This document shows positions 40,875-51,906 of a DNA stretch of 64,000 nucleotides, in pieces (within the stretch, counting starts at the first letter, position 1; the number at the start of each line of letters is the position of its first letter). Under the pieces are notes generated by a model that made no database searches, was not told the DNA's origin, and saw only the letters and a program-made list of their open reading frames with translations. The stretch lies in assembly GCA_964291415.2 (NCBI GenBank), contig OZ219917.1, positions 384,001 to 448,000 on the forward strand. Reading direction: 5' to 3'. Both the position numbers and the translations under genes were made by a program. This DNA is from Alphaproteobacteria bacterium. GTDB lineage: Bacteria; Pseudomonadota; Alphaproteobacteria; SP197.

Positions 40875-41921
40875 ATGAAGACCAGAGTGTTGAATACCGT
40901 CCTTGCTGCGGGCGTCTTGACCCTGACGGCCGTTGCGGCGACCGCGCAGGACGCACGGGACACGATCAGGATCGTCGGTTCGTCGACCGTGTTTCCGTTC
41001 GCGACCGCTGTCGCCGAACAGTTCGGCCAGAGCAGGGATTTTCCGACGCCCGTTGTCGAGTCGACCGGTTCGGGCGGCGGACTGAAACTCTTCTGTGCCG
41101 GCATCGGTTTCGAGCATCCGGACGTCACCAACTCCTCGCGCCGCATCAAGTCGAGCGAGGTCGAGCGCTGCGCCGAAAACGGCATCACGGAGATTACCGA
41201 GGTCATGATCGGCTTCGACGGGATCGTGCTCGGCAACGCGCGTGAAACGGACCGGCTCTCCATCGACACTCCGGACCTGTGGCTTGCCCTTGCGGCCGAG
41301 GTTCCCGACGCGGACGGCAACATCGTCGCCAATCCCTACACGATGTGGAGCGAGATCGACGACTCACTGCCCGCCGTCGCCATCAGGGTCATGGGCCCGC
41401 CGCCGACATCCGGCACGCGTGACGCTTTCGTCGAACTCGTGATGGAGGAAGGATGCGGGCACTTCGAGGCCGTTGCCATGATCGAAGAGACGGATGAAGA
41501 CCGCTTCGAGAGCATCTGTGCCTCGATCCGCGAGGACGGCGCCTTTATCGAGGCCGGGGAAAACGACAACCTGATTGTCCAGAAGCTCGAGGCCGATCGG
41601 GACGCCTTCGGCATCTTCGGGTTTTCCTTCCTCGATCAGAACATCAACGCGATCCAGGGGTCGATGATGGACGGTGTCGAACCGACATTCGACAACATCG
41701 CCTCGGGCGACTATCCGGTATCACGTTCGCTCTATTTCTACGTCAAGAATGCCCACCTCGATTTCGTTCCGGGCATCGCCGAGTTCGTGGCCGAGTTCAC
41801 CAGCGAGGACGCCTGGGGTCCCTTCGGCTACCTGGCGGACAAGGGTCTGATCCCGCTTTCCGACCACGAACGGGCGGCCATGGCGGCGTCGGCGAATTCC
41901 GCCACGCCTCTCACCATGTGA
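40875..41921 (+). CDS. pstS: Phosphate ABC transporter substrate-binding protein
   Basis: Signal peptide, IVGSSTVFPF, ESTGSGGG, GPPPTSGTRDAF, YPVSRSLYFY. Confidence 0.94.
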   Translation: MKTRVLNTVLAAGVLTLTAVAATAQDARDTIRIVGSSTVFPFATAVAEQFGQSRDFPTPVVESTGSGGGLKLFCAGIGFEHPDVTNSSRRIKSSEVERCAENGITEITEVMIGFDGIVLGNARETDRLSIDTPDLWLALAAEVPDADGNIVANPYTMWSEIDDSLPAVAIRVMGPPPTSGTRDAFVELVMEEGCGHFEAVAMIEETDEDRFESICASIREDGAFIEAGENDNLIVQKLEADRDAFGIFGFSFLDQNINAIQGSMMDGVEPTFDNIASGDYPVSRSLYFYVKNAHLDFVPGIAEFVAEFTSEDAWGPFGYLADKGLIPLSDHERAAMAASANSATPLTM

Positions 41922-41935
41922 TACGTTCTCGAGTG

Positions 41936-41962
41936 GCCGGGGACCTGCAACCGGTCCCCGGC
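41936..41962 (+). terminator. Stem-loop after pstS (mRNA stabiliser or partial terminator)
   Basis: GCCGGGGACC-tgcaacc-GGTCCCCGGC, a perfect 10-bp stem. Confidence 0.55.
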
Positions 41963-42012
41963 TCCTTCCTGTGCCCGGATGATCCCACCACACGCCGGAG
42001 AGTGACCGGACC

Positions 42013-43395
42013 GTGACCCAGATGATCCTCACCCTGGCGCTGATCTGTCTTGCGGCAGCAGCTTTCCTGGCCGGGCGAAGGAAAGCGGTCAGCCTCACCG
42101 GAGGCCGCACATCCGTCCTTCATTCGCGTCCGGTCTATCACGGCTGGTATGTCGCACTGGCCTGCGGCCTGCCGGCGGTGTCTCTCTGGTTCCTGGTTCT
42201 CCTGGCGGGAGACTGGATGATCGACAGGACCATTGTGGCCGCGCTTCCAGGCGAGCTTCGGGAGGCCACCGGCCCGGTTCTGCAGCGGTTCCTGAACGAT
42301 GCGGAAACACTCGCTGGCGGCGGCACTCCGACAATCGGGATCACGCCGGAACTCGAGGCTGCGGCTGCCTCCTTCAGGCACCTCACCCTTCTCAAGCACT
42401 GGATCGGAATCGGCGCGGCACTGGGCCTCGGGCTCATTGCGGCCGGCTTCGCCATGCGCCGGATCGACATCTCCCGGCGGACCCGCCAGCCGGTTGAGCG
42501 CGTGCTTCTCGTCGTGCTTCTTGTCCTGGCGGCGATTTCCGTCCTGACGACGGCGGGAATCGTCTTTTCGGTGCTCTTCGAGGCCATCCGCTTCTTTGAC
42601 AAGGTGCCGTTGCTCGACTTCCTGTTCGGCGTGAAGTGGAGTCCGCAGATCGCGCTGAGAGAAGACCAGGTGGGTTCTTCCGGGGCCTTCGGCGCGGTGC
42701 CGCTCTTCACCGGCACGCTTCTCATCACGTTCATCGCCATGCTGGTGGCAGGTCCCGTCGGACTTCTCTCGGCGGTCTACCTGACCGAATATGCCGACCC
42801 GCGCCTGCGGGCGGCAGCCAAGCCGATACTCGAGATCCTTGCCGGCATTCCCACGGTGGTCTACGGCTTCTTCGCCGCGCTCATCGTTGCCCCGGCGTTG
42901 CGCGAGGCGGGAGCCGGCATCGGACTCGATGTGGCATCGGAAAGCGCCCTGGCAGCGGGGCTGGTCATGGGAATGATGATCATCCCCTTCGTCTCGTCAC
43001 TGACCGACGATGCCCTCGCCGCGGTGCCCGCCGACCTCAGAGACGCTTCCCTGGGTCTTGGTGCGACGCAACAGGAGACGGTGACACGCGTCATCATTCC
43101 CGCAGCCCTTCCCGGCATCGTTGCCGGGTTCCTGCTGGCGGTGAGCCGGGCCATCGGAGAAACCATGATCGTGGTCATGGCTGCCGGCCTTGCAGCCAAT
43201 CTCACGGCGAACCCCTTCGAGGCCGTCACCACCGTGACCGTGCAGATCGTGACGCTCCTTGTCGGCGATCAGGAGTTCGACAGCGCCAAGACCCTCGCGG
43301 CCTTCGCTCTTGGCCTGACTCTCTTCCTGGTCACGCTGGGACTCAACATCGTCGCACTGAGAATGGTGCAGAAATACCAGGAACAGTATGACTGA
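42013..43395 (+). CDS. pstC: Phosphate ABC transporter permease PstC
   Basis: LEILAGIPTVVYG, SRAIGETM. Confidence 0.94.
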   Translation: MTQMILTLALICLAAAAFLAGRRKAVSLTGGRTSVLHSRPVYHGWYVALACGLPAVSLWFLVLLAGDWMIDRTIVAALPGELREATGPVLQRFLNDAETLAGGGTPTIGITPELEAAAASFRHLTLLKHWIGIGAALGLGLIAAGFAMRRIDISRRTRQPVERVLLVVLLVLAAISVLTTAGIVFSVLFEAIRFFDKVPLLDFLFGVKWSPQIALREDQVGSSGAFGAVPLFTGTLLITFIAMLVAGPVGLLSAVYLTEYADPRLRAAAKPILEILAGIPTVVYGFFAALIVAPALREAGAGIGLDVASESALAAGLVMGMMIIPFVSSLTDDALAAVPADLRDASLGLGATQQETVTRVIIPAALPGIVAGFLLAVSRAIGETMIVVMAAGLAANLTANPFEAVTTVTVQIVTLLVGDQEFDSAKTLAAFALGLTLFLVTLGLNIVALRMVQKYQEQYD

Positions 43396-44674
43396 CACGG
43401 CACGGCGCATGACGTCGGTTCACCAGAGCGACACCTCGCGCGATCGCCTGCGCAAGCGCTATGCCCGGGAACGCAACTTCAAGATCGTGTCCGTCTCGGC
43501 CCTGGGACTCACCGCCATCTTCCTGGTGATCCTGCTGGGATCCATTGTTCTCAACGGCTGGTCGGGATTCCTCACCACCAAACTGCGCCTCGAGGTGACG
43601 TACTCCGCCGATCGCATCGATGTGGACAATCCGGCGAACGGCAACTTCCGCATGATTGTCCTCGATGGTCTGCGCAAGAGATTTCCCGACGTGACGGAGC
43701 GCAGGGAACTGCGGGCACTGCTTGGCATCGTGTCGAACCGGGCAGCCTACGACGTGCGGGACGCCCTCATCGACAATCCGTCCCTCGCCGGCACGTCACT
43801 GGAACTGTGGCTCCCGGCAGCGACAGAGGTCGACATGCTCAACAAGGGCTACGTCGACCGCTCCGCGCCCGAGGACCTGCGGCTGGTTGACGACCGGACG
43901 ATTGCCTGGGTTGATGCCTTCGAAGCGGACGGCAACCTGGCGACCGTCTTCAACTGGACATTCCTTCTGAGCGGAGATTCCCGCGAACCGGAACTCGCCG
44001 GAGTCGGCGGTGCCATCCTGGGTTCGTTCTGGATCCTTCTCGTCACCTTCGTCGCGTCGTTCCCGACCGGGGTGGGTGCGGCAGTCTTCCTCGAGGAGTT
44101 TGCGCCGAAGCGCCGGTGGGTCGACGTCATCGAGGTCAACATCAACAACCTTGCCGCCGTTCCCTCGATCGTCTTCGGCCTGCTGGGGCTCGCCGTGTTC
44201 CTGAATGTCATGCACCTGCCGCGTTCGGCGCCGGTCGTTGGCGGCCTGACCCTGGCCCTTATGACCCTGCCGACCATCATCATCACCACGCGGGCGGCGC
44301 TGAAGGGTATTCCGCCCTCGATCAGGGATGCCGCTCTCGCCGTCGGCGCCTCGCAAGTGCAGGTGGTCTCGCATTTCCTGCTGCCGCTGGCGATGCCGAG
44401 GATCCTCACCGGGGCGATCATCGGCATGGCGCGCGCACTGGGGGAGTCGGCGCCATTGCTCATGGTCGGCATGGTGGCCTTCGTCGTCGATCTGCCAGCC
44501 GGGCCGACCGATCCGGCAACGGCGCTTCCGGTGCAGGTCTTCCTGTGGGCGGACAGTCCCGAACGCGGCTTTGTCGAGAAAACATCGGCTGCGATCATGG
44601 TATTGCTCGTGTTTCTGATCGCCATGAACGGCCTGGCGGTCTACCTGAGGCAGAGGTTCGAGATCAGATGGTAG
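43388..44674 (+). CDS. pstA: Phosphate ABC transporter permease PstA
   Basis: [25 protein letters not shown]. Confidence 0.94.
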   Translation: MTDTARRMTSVHQSDTSRDRLRKRYARERNFKIVSVSALGLTAIFLVILLGSIVLNGWSGFLTTKLRLEVTYSADRIDVDNPANGNFRMIVLDGLRKRFPDVTERRELRALLGIVSNRAAYDVRDALIDNPSLAGTSLELWLPAATEVDMLNKGYVDRSAPEDLRLVDDRTIAWVDAFEADGNLATVFNWTFLLSGDSREPELAGVGGAILGSFWILLVTFVASFPTGVGAAVFLEEFAPKRRWVDVIEVNINNLAAVPSIVFGLLGLAVFLNVMHLPRSAPVVGGLTLALMTLPTIIITTRAALKGIPPSIRDAALAVGASQVQVVSHFLLPLAMPRILTGAIIGMARALGESAPLLMVGMVAFVVDLPAGPTDPATALPVQVFLWADSPERGFVEKTSAAIMVLLVFLIAMNGLAVYLRQRFEIRW

Positions 44675-45456
44675 AAGCGGCGGCAACCCGTGATGCGCCG
44701 TGCGTGAAGATGAGAACGCGCGGCCTCAAGCTGTGGTACGGCGACAAGCAGGCGCTGGCCGGCATCGATCTCGACGTGGCCGAACACCAGGTCACCGCCC
44801 TCATCGGTCCCTCGGGGTGCGGCAAGACCACGTTCCTGAAGTGCCTCAATCGCATGACCGACACCATCGATGACGTGACGACCGAAGGCAGCGTCACCCT
44901 CGACGGCGTCGACATCCGGGACCGTTCGGTCGATGTCGTGCAGCTGCGTGCACGTGTCGGCATGGTCTTCCAGAAACCCAATCCCTTCCCCAAGACGGTC
45001 TATGACAACATCGCCTATGGCCCGCGCATTCACGGCCTTGCCGCCAACCGCCGCGAGCTTGACGACATCGTTGAATCAAGTCTGCGCCGCGCCGGGCTGT
45101 GGGAGGAGGTATCGGGCCGTCTCGGCGACCTTGCGACAGGCATGTCCGGTGGTCAGCAGCAGCGCCTGTGCATCGCCCGCTCGATCGCCGTGGCGCCCGA
45201 AGTGATCCTGATGGACGAGCCCTGCTCGGCGCTTGATCCGATCTCGACGGCACGCATCGAAGAACTGATCGACGAACTGCGGACGAAGTACACGATCGTC
45301 ATTGTCACCCACAACCTGCAGCAGGCGGCGCGGGTCTCGCAGATGACCGCCTTCTTTCACCTTGGCCGGCTGATCGAGGTCAACGGCACGGCTGAACTCT
45401 TCCAGAGCCCGGCCGAATCCATGACCGAGGACTACATCACCGGCCGGTTCGGATGA
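44668..45456 (+). CDS. pstB: Phosphate ABC transporter ATPase PstB
   Basis: [45 protein letters not shown]. Confidence 0.95.
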   Translation: MVEAAATRDAPCVKMRTRGLKLWYGDKQALAGIDLDVAEHQVTALIGPSGCGKTTFLKCLNRMTDTIDDVTTEGSVTLDGVDIRDRSVDVVQLRARVGMVFQKPNPFPKTVYDNIAYGPRIHGLAANRRELDDIVESSLRRAGLWEEVSGRLGDLATGMSGGQQQRLCIARSIAVAPEVILMDEPCSALDPISTARIEELIDELRTKYTIVIVTHNLQQAARVSQMTAFFHLGRLIEVNGTAELFQSPAESMTEDYITGRFG

Positions 45457-45479
45457 GCACACTTGGCTGAGGATTTCCC

Positions 45480-46202
45480 ATGACTGTCCAGCACACTGTC
45501 CGTTCCTTCGATTCCGAACTCGAGGAGGTCACGAACCGCGTTCTCTCCATGGGCGGAATCGTGGAAGACCAGATCCGCAACGCCATGCAGGCCCTGGTGG
45601 ACGGCAACCGAACACTTGCCCAGAACGTCATTGACAGCGACCAGAGAGTCGACGCCCATGAGCGCGAGGTGGATGAACTGGTCACCCGCATCGTGGCGCT
45701 GCGCCAGCCCCTGGCCGAGGATCTGCGGCGCATCAAGACGGCGCTGAAGGCGGCCAGCGATCTGGAGCGCATGGGCGATCTCGCGGCCAACGTCTCCAAG
45801 CGCATCCTCATCATCGAGGACACGACGGGAATGCCGCAGCGCGAGGCCCTGAGGCGGCTGGGTGCGGCCGTCTACAACATGACGACCGACGTCATGAATG
45901 CATACCGTGACGGTGATGCCGACCTGGCCGAGCGGGTGTGGCGCCAGGACGAGTTCATTGACGAGATGTACAGTTCCGTCTTTCTCGCCATTCTCGCCGA
46001 CATGATCGCCAATCCGAAACTGATCGCGCCCGGAACCCAGGCCCACTTCATCGCCAAGAACATCGAACGCATCGGTGACCACACCACCAACATCGCCGAG
46101 ATGGTGACCTACATGATTCTGGGCCGGTTACCGGACCGTGACCGGCCCAAGGCAGATTCCGTGATCGGAGTGGAAGGTGAGACAGTCGAGAACGGCAACT
46201 GA
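45480..46202 (+). CDS. phoU: Phosphate signalling complex protein PhoU
   Basis: QPLAEDLR, DLERMGD, ERIGDHTTNIAE. Confidence 0.95.
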   Translation: MTVQHTVRSFDSELEEVTNRVLSMGGIVEDQIRNAMQALVDGNRTLAQNVIDSDQRVDAHEREVDELVTRIVALRQPLAEDLRRIKTALKAASDLERMGDLAANVSKRILIIEDTTGMPQREALRRLGAAVYNMTTDVMNAYRDGDADLAERVWRQDEFIDEMYSSVFLAILADMIANPKLIAPGTQAHFIAKNIERIGDHTTNIAEMVTYMILGRLPDRDRPKADSVIGVEGETVENGN

Positions 46203-46893
46203 GACATGTGAAGCCACCGCCCTCGTCGTTGATGACGAGGAGCCGATTCTCGAACTGGTGCGCTACAACATGGAGGCCGACGGGTTCCGGGTTCTGACCT
46301 GCGGCGACGGCCGCGAGGCGCTCATCCTCGCCGAAGAGGAAAACCCGGACATCGTCATACTCGACTGGATGCTGCCTGGCTTGAGCGGACTGGAGGTCTG
46401 CCGGCGTATCCGCCGTGATCGCAACCTGTCGCATCTGCCGATCATCATGCTGACGGCCCGGGCCGACGGAGCGGACCGTGTCAGGGGACTCGATGTCGGT
46501 GCGGACGACTATGTGCCCAAGCCATTTGCGCCTTCCGAACTGCTGGCCCGCGTGCGTGCCGTGCTGCGCCGCATCCGCCCTGCCCTGGCCGGTGATTCGC
46601 TGGCTTGTTCGGACCTTGTCATGGACCTCGCCGGACGGCGGGTCGTGCGCGCCGGCCAGCGCATTCATCTCGGACCGAAGGAGTTCGCCATCCTCAGGCT
46701 CTTCATGGAGAACCCGGGACGGGTATTCGGTCGTGAACAGATTCTGGACAGGGTCTGGGGTATCGACTCCTTCATCGGTGACAGGACCGTCGACGTGCAT
46801 ATCGGCCGGTTGAGAAAGGCGCTCAACGTCACCGGAGGCGGCGAACTCATCCGCACCGTGCGCACGGCGGGATACGCCCTTGATGCGGACTGA
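46177..46893 (+). CDS. phoB: Phosphate regulon response regulator PhoB
   Basis: LDWMLPG receiver domain, GADDYVPKPF, RTVDVHIGRLRKAL, IRTVR. Confidence 0.92.
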   Translation: MRQSRTATETCEATALVVDDEEPILELVRYNMEADGFRVLTCGDGREALILAEEENPDIVILDWMLPGLSGLEVCRRIRRDRNLSHLPIIMLTARADGADRVRGLDVGADDYVPKPFAPSELLARVRAVLRRIRPALAGDSLACSDLVMDLAGRRVVRAGQRIHLGPKEFAILRLFMENPGRVFGREQILDRVWGIDSFIGDRTVDVHIGRLRKALNVTGGGELIRTVRTAGYALDAD

Positions 46894-46937
46894 GGTTTCT
46901 GCTTGATAGGTGGCGGAAACGGCCGGGAAGGGTGTCC

Positions 46938-47321
46938 ATGGCGATCAATTTCGACACGTATGACGACGACAACGTCTTTGCGAAGATCCTGCGTGGCGAG
47001 CTTCCGTGCACCGCGGTACGCGACGAGGAACACGTGCTCGCCTTCCACGACATCGCGCCCCAGGCTCCCGAGCATGTGCTTGTCATCCCCAGGGGGCGCT
47101 ACATCGCCCACGACGACTTCCACCGCAACGCCAGCGACGGGGAGATCGTCGCCTTCTGGAGGACCGTGGGGGAGATCTGCGATGCGCTCGGAGTTCGCGA
47201 GCGCGGTCACAGGCTGATCACCAACCAGGGACGGGACGGCCACCAGGTCGTTCCCCACTTCCACGTCCATATCCTTGCCGGAGAGGACCTCGGTCCCATG
47301 TTGCCGGGAACGTCGACCTGA
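46938..47321 (+). CDS. HIT family nucleotide-binding protein
   Basis: NVFAKILRGELP, HQVVPHFHVHIL histidine triad. Confidence 0.9.
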   Translation: MAINFDTYDDDNVFAKILRGELPCTAVRDEEHVLAFHDIAPQAPEHVLVIPRGRYIAHDDFHRNASDGEIVAFWRTVGEICDALGVRERGHRLITNQGRDGHQVVPHFHVHILAGEDLGPMLPGTST

Positions 47322-47394
47322 AGCACGTCGACGGCATGGACAGGACCCGGCCTCTGGTTTACACCTCCGCCGTCTTGCGAGAAGCGAATCCTCC

Positions 47395-48651
47395 ATGCCG
47401 TTCGCCCTGCTCAAACACGGCCTCATCCGGCGTCGCACGATCCCCGACGCATTTCCTGAACCCGGAGAACTGAAGGACTCGTACGACATCGTCATCGTCG
47501 GTGGCGGCGGTCACGGCCTGGCAACGGCCTACTATCTTGCGGTCGATCACGGGATCACCGATGTCGCGGTGCTTGAACGCGGGTACATCGGCGGCGGCAA
47601 CACCGGCCGCAACACGGCCATCATCCGCTCCAACTACCTGACGCCGGAAGGCGTGAAGTTCTATGACGAGTCAATACGGCTCTACAAGGACCTCTCCAAC
47701 GACTTCGACATGAACATTCTCTATTCGGAGCGCGGCCACTACACCCTGGCGCATACGGACAGCGCCGTCAGGACCATGCGGTGGAGAGCCGAGGTCAACA
47801 AGCACTTCGGGATCGAATCGGAACTCGTGATGCGGGACGATCTCATGAAGATGGTGCCGCAGCTCGATTACTCCGAGGATGTCCGCTATCCCATCCTCGG
47901 CGCGCTCTACCATGCGCCCGGAGCCATCGCCCGCCACGACGCCGTGGCCTGGGGTTACGGGGCCGGCGCGGCGCGGCGCGGCGTCCACATACACCAGAAT
48001 ACGGAGGTCACCGGCTTCGAGATCACCGGAGCCAACGGCCGCGCCGGACGTGTCACCGGGGTAAAGACCAGCCGCGGAACCATCCGCGCCGGCAAGGTGC
48101 TGCAGGCGGTGGCCGGCATGTCCGGCGAGGTGGCGGCGATGGCGGGCTTCAGGTTGCCGCTGAAGACGGTGCCGCTCCAGGCCTGCGTGAGCCAGCCCCT
48201 GAAACCCTTCCTCGACGCCATCGTCGTTTCGGGAAGCCTTCACGTCTACGTCAGCCAGTCGTCCCGCGGCGAACTCGTCATGGGCGGTTCCACGGACCCC
48301 TACGGGGTCTACATGACGCGCTCCACACTCGACTTCAAGGAAGGTCTGATGATGCACCTGCTGGAACTGCTTCCCTTCATTTCCGAAGTGAAGCTGCTGC
48401 GGCAGTGGGCCGGCATGACCGACATGACACCGGATTTCGCGCCGATCATGGGAGAGACCCCCGTCGACAACTACTACATCGATGCCGGCTGGGGGACGTG
48501 GGGGTTCAAGGCCACGCCGGTGTGCGGCAAGGAGAACGCACGCATGCTGGCGACCGGCGAAGTCGGAGACCTCATTCAACCGTTTGCACTCCAGCGCTAC
48601 CACGACTTCAACCTGGTCGGGGAAAAGGGCGCGGCCAGCGTGGGCCACTAG
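47395..48651 (+). CDS. Sarcosine oxidase beta-like / N-methylglutamate dehydrogenase subunit A
   Basis: GGGGHGLA, GNTGRNTAIIRSNY, GWGTWGFKATP, C-terminal ASVGH. Confidence 0.85.
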   Translation: MPFALLKHGLIRRRTIPDAFPEPGELKDSYDIVIVGGGGHGLATAYYLAVDHGITDVAVLERGYIGGGNTGRNTAIIRSNYLTPEGVKFYDESIRLYKDLSNDFDMNILYSERGHYTLAHTDSAVRTMRWRAEVNKHFGIESELVMRDDLMKMVPQLDYSEDVRYPILGALYHAPGAIARHDAVAWGYGAGAARRGVHIHQNTEVTGFEITGANGRAGRVTGVKTSRGTIRAGKVLQAVAGMSGEVAAMAGFRLPLKTVPLQACVSQPLKPFLDAIVVSGSLHVYVSQSSRGELVMGGSTDPYGVYMTRSTLDFKEGLMMHLLELLPFISEVKLLRQWAGMTDMTPDFAPIMGETPVDNYYIDAGWGTWGFKATPVCGKENARMLATGEVGDLIQPFALQRYHDFNLVGEKGAASVGH

Positions 48652-48667
48652 AGGAGACCGTCAGACG

Positions 48668-48943
48668 ATGAAGATCATGCCGTGCCCGCTCAACGGTCCG
48701 CGCAACATCTCGGAGTTCGCCTGCGGCGGCGAGGTGGAGCACCTGCCGCCGCCGGACTGCGATCACGCCGCGTGGATCGACTACGTCTACCTCGAGAACA
48801 ACACCGCGGGCATCATCCGCGAGTGGTGGTATCACACACCCACCGCCTACTGGTTCGTCGCCGAACGCGATACCCGCACCGATGAGATTCTCCGGACCTG
48901 GCCGGCCGGCGAATTCCTTGCCGAATTCGGAGAAGGACGATGA
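48668..48943 (+). CDS. Sarcosine oxidase delta-like / N-methylglutamate dehydrogenase subunit B
   Basis: MKIMPCPLNGPRNISEF, EWWYH, ERDTRTDEI. Confidence 0.85.
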   Translation: MKIMPCPLNGPRNISEFACGGEVEHLPPPDCDHAAWIDYVYLENNTAGIIREWWYHTPTAYWFVAERDTRTDEILRTWPAGEFLAEFGEGR

Positions 48944-51906
48944 TCCCCGGACGCCTTCCCTCCTCGGCGGGCCAGCTGATCGACCGATCCAGGCCGCTCT
49001 CCTTCACCTTTGACGGGAAGGGTTACCGGGGATACGCCGGGGACACCATCACCAGCGCCCTGCTTGCTTCCGGTGTCAGGGTGCTGTCGCGTTCCTTCAA
49101 GTACCACCGTCCGCGGGGAACGCTGTCGGCCGCCGGCCACGATGCCAACAGTTTCGTGCAGATCGGCGATGAACCCAACGTGGTGGCCGATACCAGGCTG
49201 GTCGAGGACGGCATGGTGGTCGAGGCGCAGAATGTGTTCGGCAGTCTCGACAACGACAGGGCGCGCCTTCTCGATCACTTCGGGCGGTTCCTGCCGGTCG
49301 GCTTCTACTACAAGACCTTCTACCGCCCGAAGGGCGCATGGAAGGTGTGGGAGCCGGTGGTTCGCCGCCTTGCGGGTCTCGGAACGGTCAATCCCTCGAC
49401 GCCGCACGGCTACTACGACAAGCAGTACCTGTGGGCCGACGTGGTCGTTGTCGGCGGCGGACCTGCGGGCATGGCGGCGGCCCTCGAGGCGGCGGCGGTC
49501 AGCCATGCGGTCGAGGTGCTGCTCGTCGAGGAGAACCCTCAGCTGGGCGGCTCGCTGACCTATGCACGTTTCGATGCCGAGGGAGAACGGGCCGCACGCG
49601 AGCGGGAGTCGCTCGTGGCCGCAGTCGAGGGATGCGACAATATCCGCGTCCTCGCCGGCGCCGTGGCCAACGGCTGGTTCACCGACCATTTCATTCCCGT
49701 CATCCAGGGCAACCGCATGTTCAAGGTGCGGGCGGGATCCGTGGTCGTGGCTACCGGGTCCTGGGAACAGCCCCTGGTGTTCCGCAACAACGATCTTCCC
49801 GGGGTGATGTACGGATCGGCGGCCCAGCGTCTGGTCAACCGGTATGGTGTCAGACCCGGCAGCCGGGCGGTCATCGCCACCGCCAACGCCGACGGCTATG
49901 CCACCGCGCTCGATCTCATCGGCGCCGGAGTCGACATTGCCGCGGTGGCTGAACTCGGTCCCCAGGTCCCGCGGCACGACCTGGCGGCGGCCGTGTCGGA
50001 TCACGGGGTGCCGATCATGCCGCGATCGACCGTGGTCGAGGCGCAAGCCGGCCCGTGGAAGGACACCATCGAGGCGGCGCGCATTGCGGAGATCACCGGA
50101 CCCGGCACGACGGCCGCCCGGCACAAGGTCCATGACTGCGACACGATCGTGACGTCTGTCGGCTGGCAACCCGCTGCCAACCTCGTCTGGCACGCCGGCG
50201 GCCGGACTCCCTACAACGAGACGACGTCCATGCTCGAGATCGGCAAACTGCCGGAGGGCATGCACGCGGCGGGATCGGTGGCCGGGTGTTTCCGTATCGA
50301 CACGGTGATCGAGGAAGGCCGGCGCGCCGGCTGGCTGGCCGCCCGCGACGCCGGTTTCAACGGCACCGCCATGCCGGTGGTGCGCAACGATCGCGGCGAA
50401 ACGGGACAGAATCATCCCTGGCCCATGTTCGAGCACCCGAAGGGCCGCGACTTTGTCGATTTCGACGAGGACCTGCAGGTCCACGACCTGAAAGACGCGG
50501 TCTCGGAGGGTTATACCCACATCGAGTTGATGAAGCGCTTCTCCACCTGCGGCATGGGACCCAGCCAGGGTCGCCATTCCTGGCTCAACGCGATTCGCCT
50601 CAACGCCCGGGAGAACGGCATCACTGTCAACGAAGCCGGCATGACGACGCAGAGGCCACCCTACACTGCCGAGAAGCTGGGCGTCCTGGCGGGCCGCAGT
50701 TTCGAGCCCGAGCGACTCACTGCCATGCACTGGCGCCATGTCGAGGCCGGCGCCCGCATGATGCAGGCCGGCGCCTGGTACCGTCCGGAACACTATGGCG
50801 GCGACGACAGGGACGCCGTGATCGAGGCCGAATCGCGTCATGTCCGGGAAAAGGTCGGTCTGATCGACGTGTCGACCCTGGGCGGGCTCGAAATCCGCGG
50901 CCCCGACGCCGCGGACATGATGGAACGCATGTACACCTGGGCCTACAGAAAACAGCTGGTGGGCCGCGCCCGCTACACGCTGATGACCGACATGACCGGC
51001 GTCATCACCGATGATGGAGTCGCCTGCAGGCTGCATGAGAACCACTACTACGTCACGGCCACCACCTCAGGCGTCGATGGCGTCTACCAGGAGATGCTGT
51101 TCTGGAATGCGCAGTGGCGTCTCAGGGTCGACATCACCAACGTCACGGGTGCCTGGTGCGGCGTCAACATTGCCGGACCAAGGTCGCGCGCCGTGCTCAC
51201 CCGTCTCACCGACGAGAAGCTCGATGCCGAATCCTTCCCCTACATGGCCGTCAGGCAGGCGAACGTTGCCGGCATTCCCTGCCGCCTGCTGAGGGTCGGA
51301 TTCGTCGGCGAGCTCGGGTACGAGATCCACTGTCCGGCGCACTCGGGCGAGGCCCTGTGGGATGCCCTGATGGAAGCCGGCAGGGATCACAACATCAGGC
51401 CCTTCGGCGTGGAATGCCAGAGACTGCTGCGTCTCGAGAAGGGGCACATCATCGTCAGCCAGGATACCGACGGCCTCACCAATCCCCTGGAGGCGGACAT
51501 GGACTGGGCGCTCGCCAAGAAGCGCCCCTTCTTCATCGGCAAGCGGTCCATCGACATCCAGCGCGACAACGTCCAGCGCAAGCTGGTGGGATTCGAGATC
51601 GAATCCCGCGAACGCGACGGCAGTATCCCCAGGGAGTGCCACCTGGTGATCCGCGACGGGGACATTGCGGGCAGGGTGACGTCCTGCAGCTACTCGCCGA
51701 CTCTCGACAAGGTCATCGGGCTGGCCTACGTGGCGCCCGATCAGGCAGAGCCGGGAAGCACATTCCAGGTCAGGATCAAATCCGGGCGCGTTGACGGCCG
51801 CCGGGTGAGAATCACACCCGATGCGTACGTTGCCTGCCGGGTCGTGCCGTTGCCCTTCTATGACCCGGAGAACGCCCGTCAGGAGCCAGGGAACACAGGA
51901 CCATGA
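48940..51906 (+). CDS. Sarcosine oxidase alpha-like / N-methylglutamate dehydrogenase subunit C
   Basis: 988 aa; SRSFKYHRPRG, GFYYKTF, GGGPAG, GcvT-like C-terminal domain (FVGELGYEI, LRLEKG). Confidence 0.88.
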   Translation: MIPGRLPSSAGQLIDRSRPLSFTFDGKGYRGYAGDTITSALLASGVRVLSRSFKYHRPRGTLSAAGHDANSFVQIGDEPNVVADTRLVEDGMVVEAQNVFGSLDNDRARLLDHFGRFLPVGFYYKTFYRPKGAWKVWEPVVRRLAGLGTVNPSTPHGYYDKQYLWADVVVVGGGPAGMAAALEAAAVSHAVEVLLVEENPQLGGSLTYARFDAEGERAARERESLVAAVEGCDNIRVLAGAVANGWFTDHFIPVIQGNRMFKVRAGSVVVATGSWEQPLVFRNNDLPGVMYGSAAQRLVNRYGVRPGSRAVIATANADGYATALDLIGAGVDIAAVAELGPQVPRHDLAAAVSDHGVPIMPRSTVVEAQAGPWKDTIEAARIAEITGPGTTAARHKVHDCDTIVTSVGWQPAANLVWHAGGRTPYNETTSMLEIGKLPEGMHAAGSVAGCFRIDTVIEEGRRAGWLAARDAGFNGTAMPVVRNDRGETGQNHPWPMFEHPKGRDFVDFDEDLQVHDLKDAVSEGYTHIELMKRFSTCGMGPSQGRHSWLNAIRLNARENGITVNEAGMTTQRPPYTAEKLGVLAGRSFEPERLTAMHWRHVEAGARMMQAGAWYRPEHYGGDDRDAVIEAESRHVREKVGLIDVSTLGGLEIRGPDAADMMERMYTWAYRKQLVGRARYTLMTDMTGVITDDGVACRLHENHYYVTATTSGVDGVYQEMLFWNAQWRLRVDITNVTGAWCGVNIAGPRSRAVLTRLTDEKLDAESFPYMAVRQANVAGIPCRLLRVGFVGELGYEIHCPAHSGEALWDALMEAGRDHNIRPFGVECQRLLRLEKGHIIVSQDTDGLTNPLEADMDWALAKKRPFFIGKRSIDIQRDNVQRKLVGFEIESRERDGSIPRECHLVIRDGDIAGRVTSCSYSPTLDKVIGLAYVAPDQAEPGSTFQVRIKSGRVDGRRVRITPDAYVACRVVPLPFYDPENARQEPGNTGP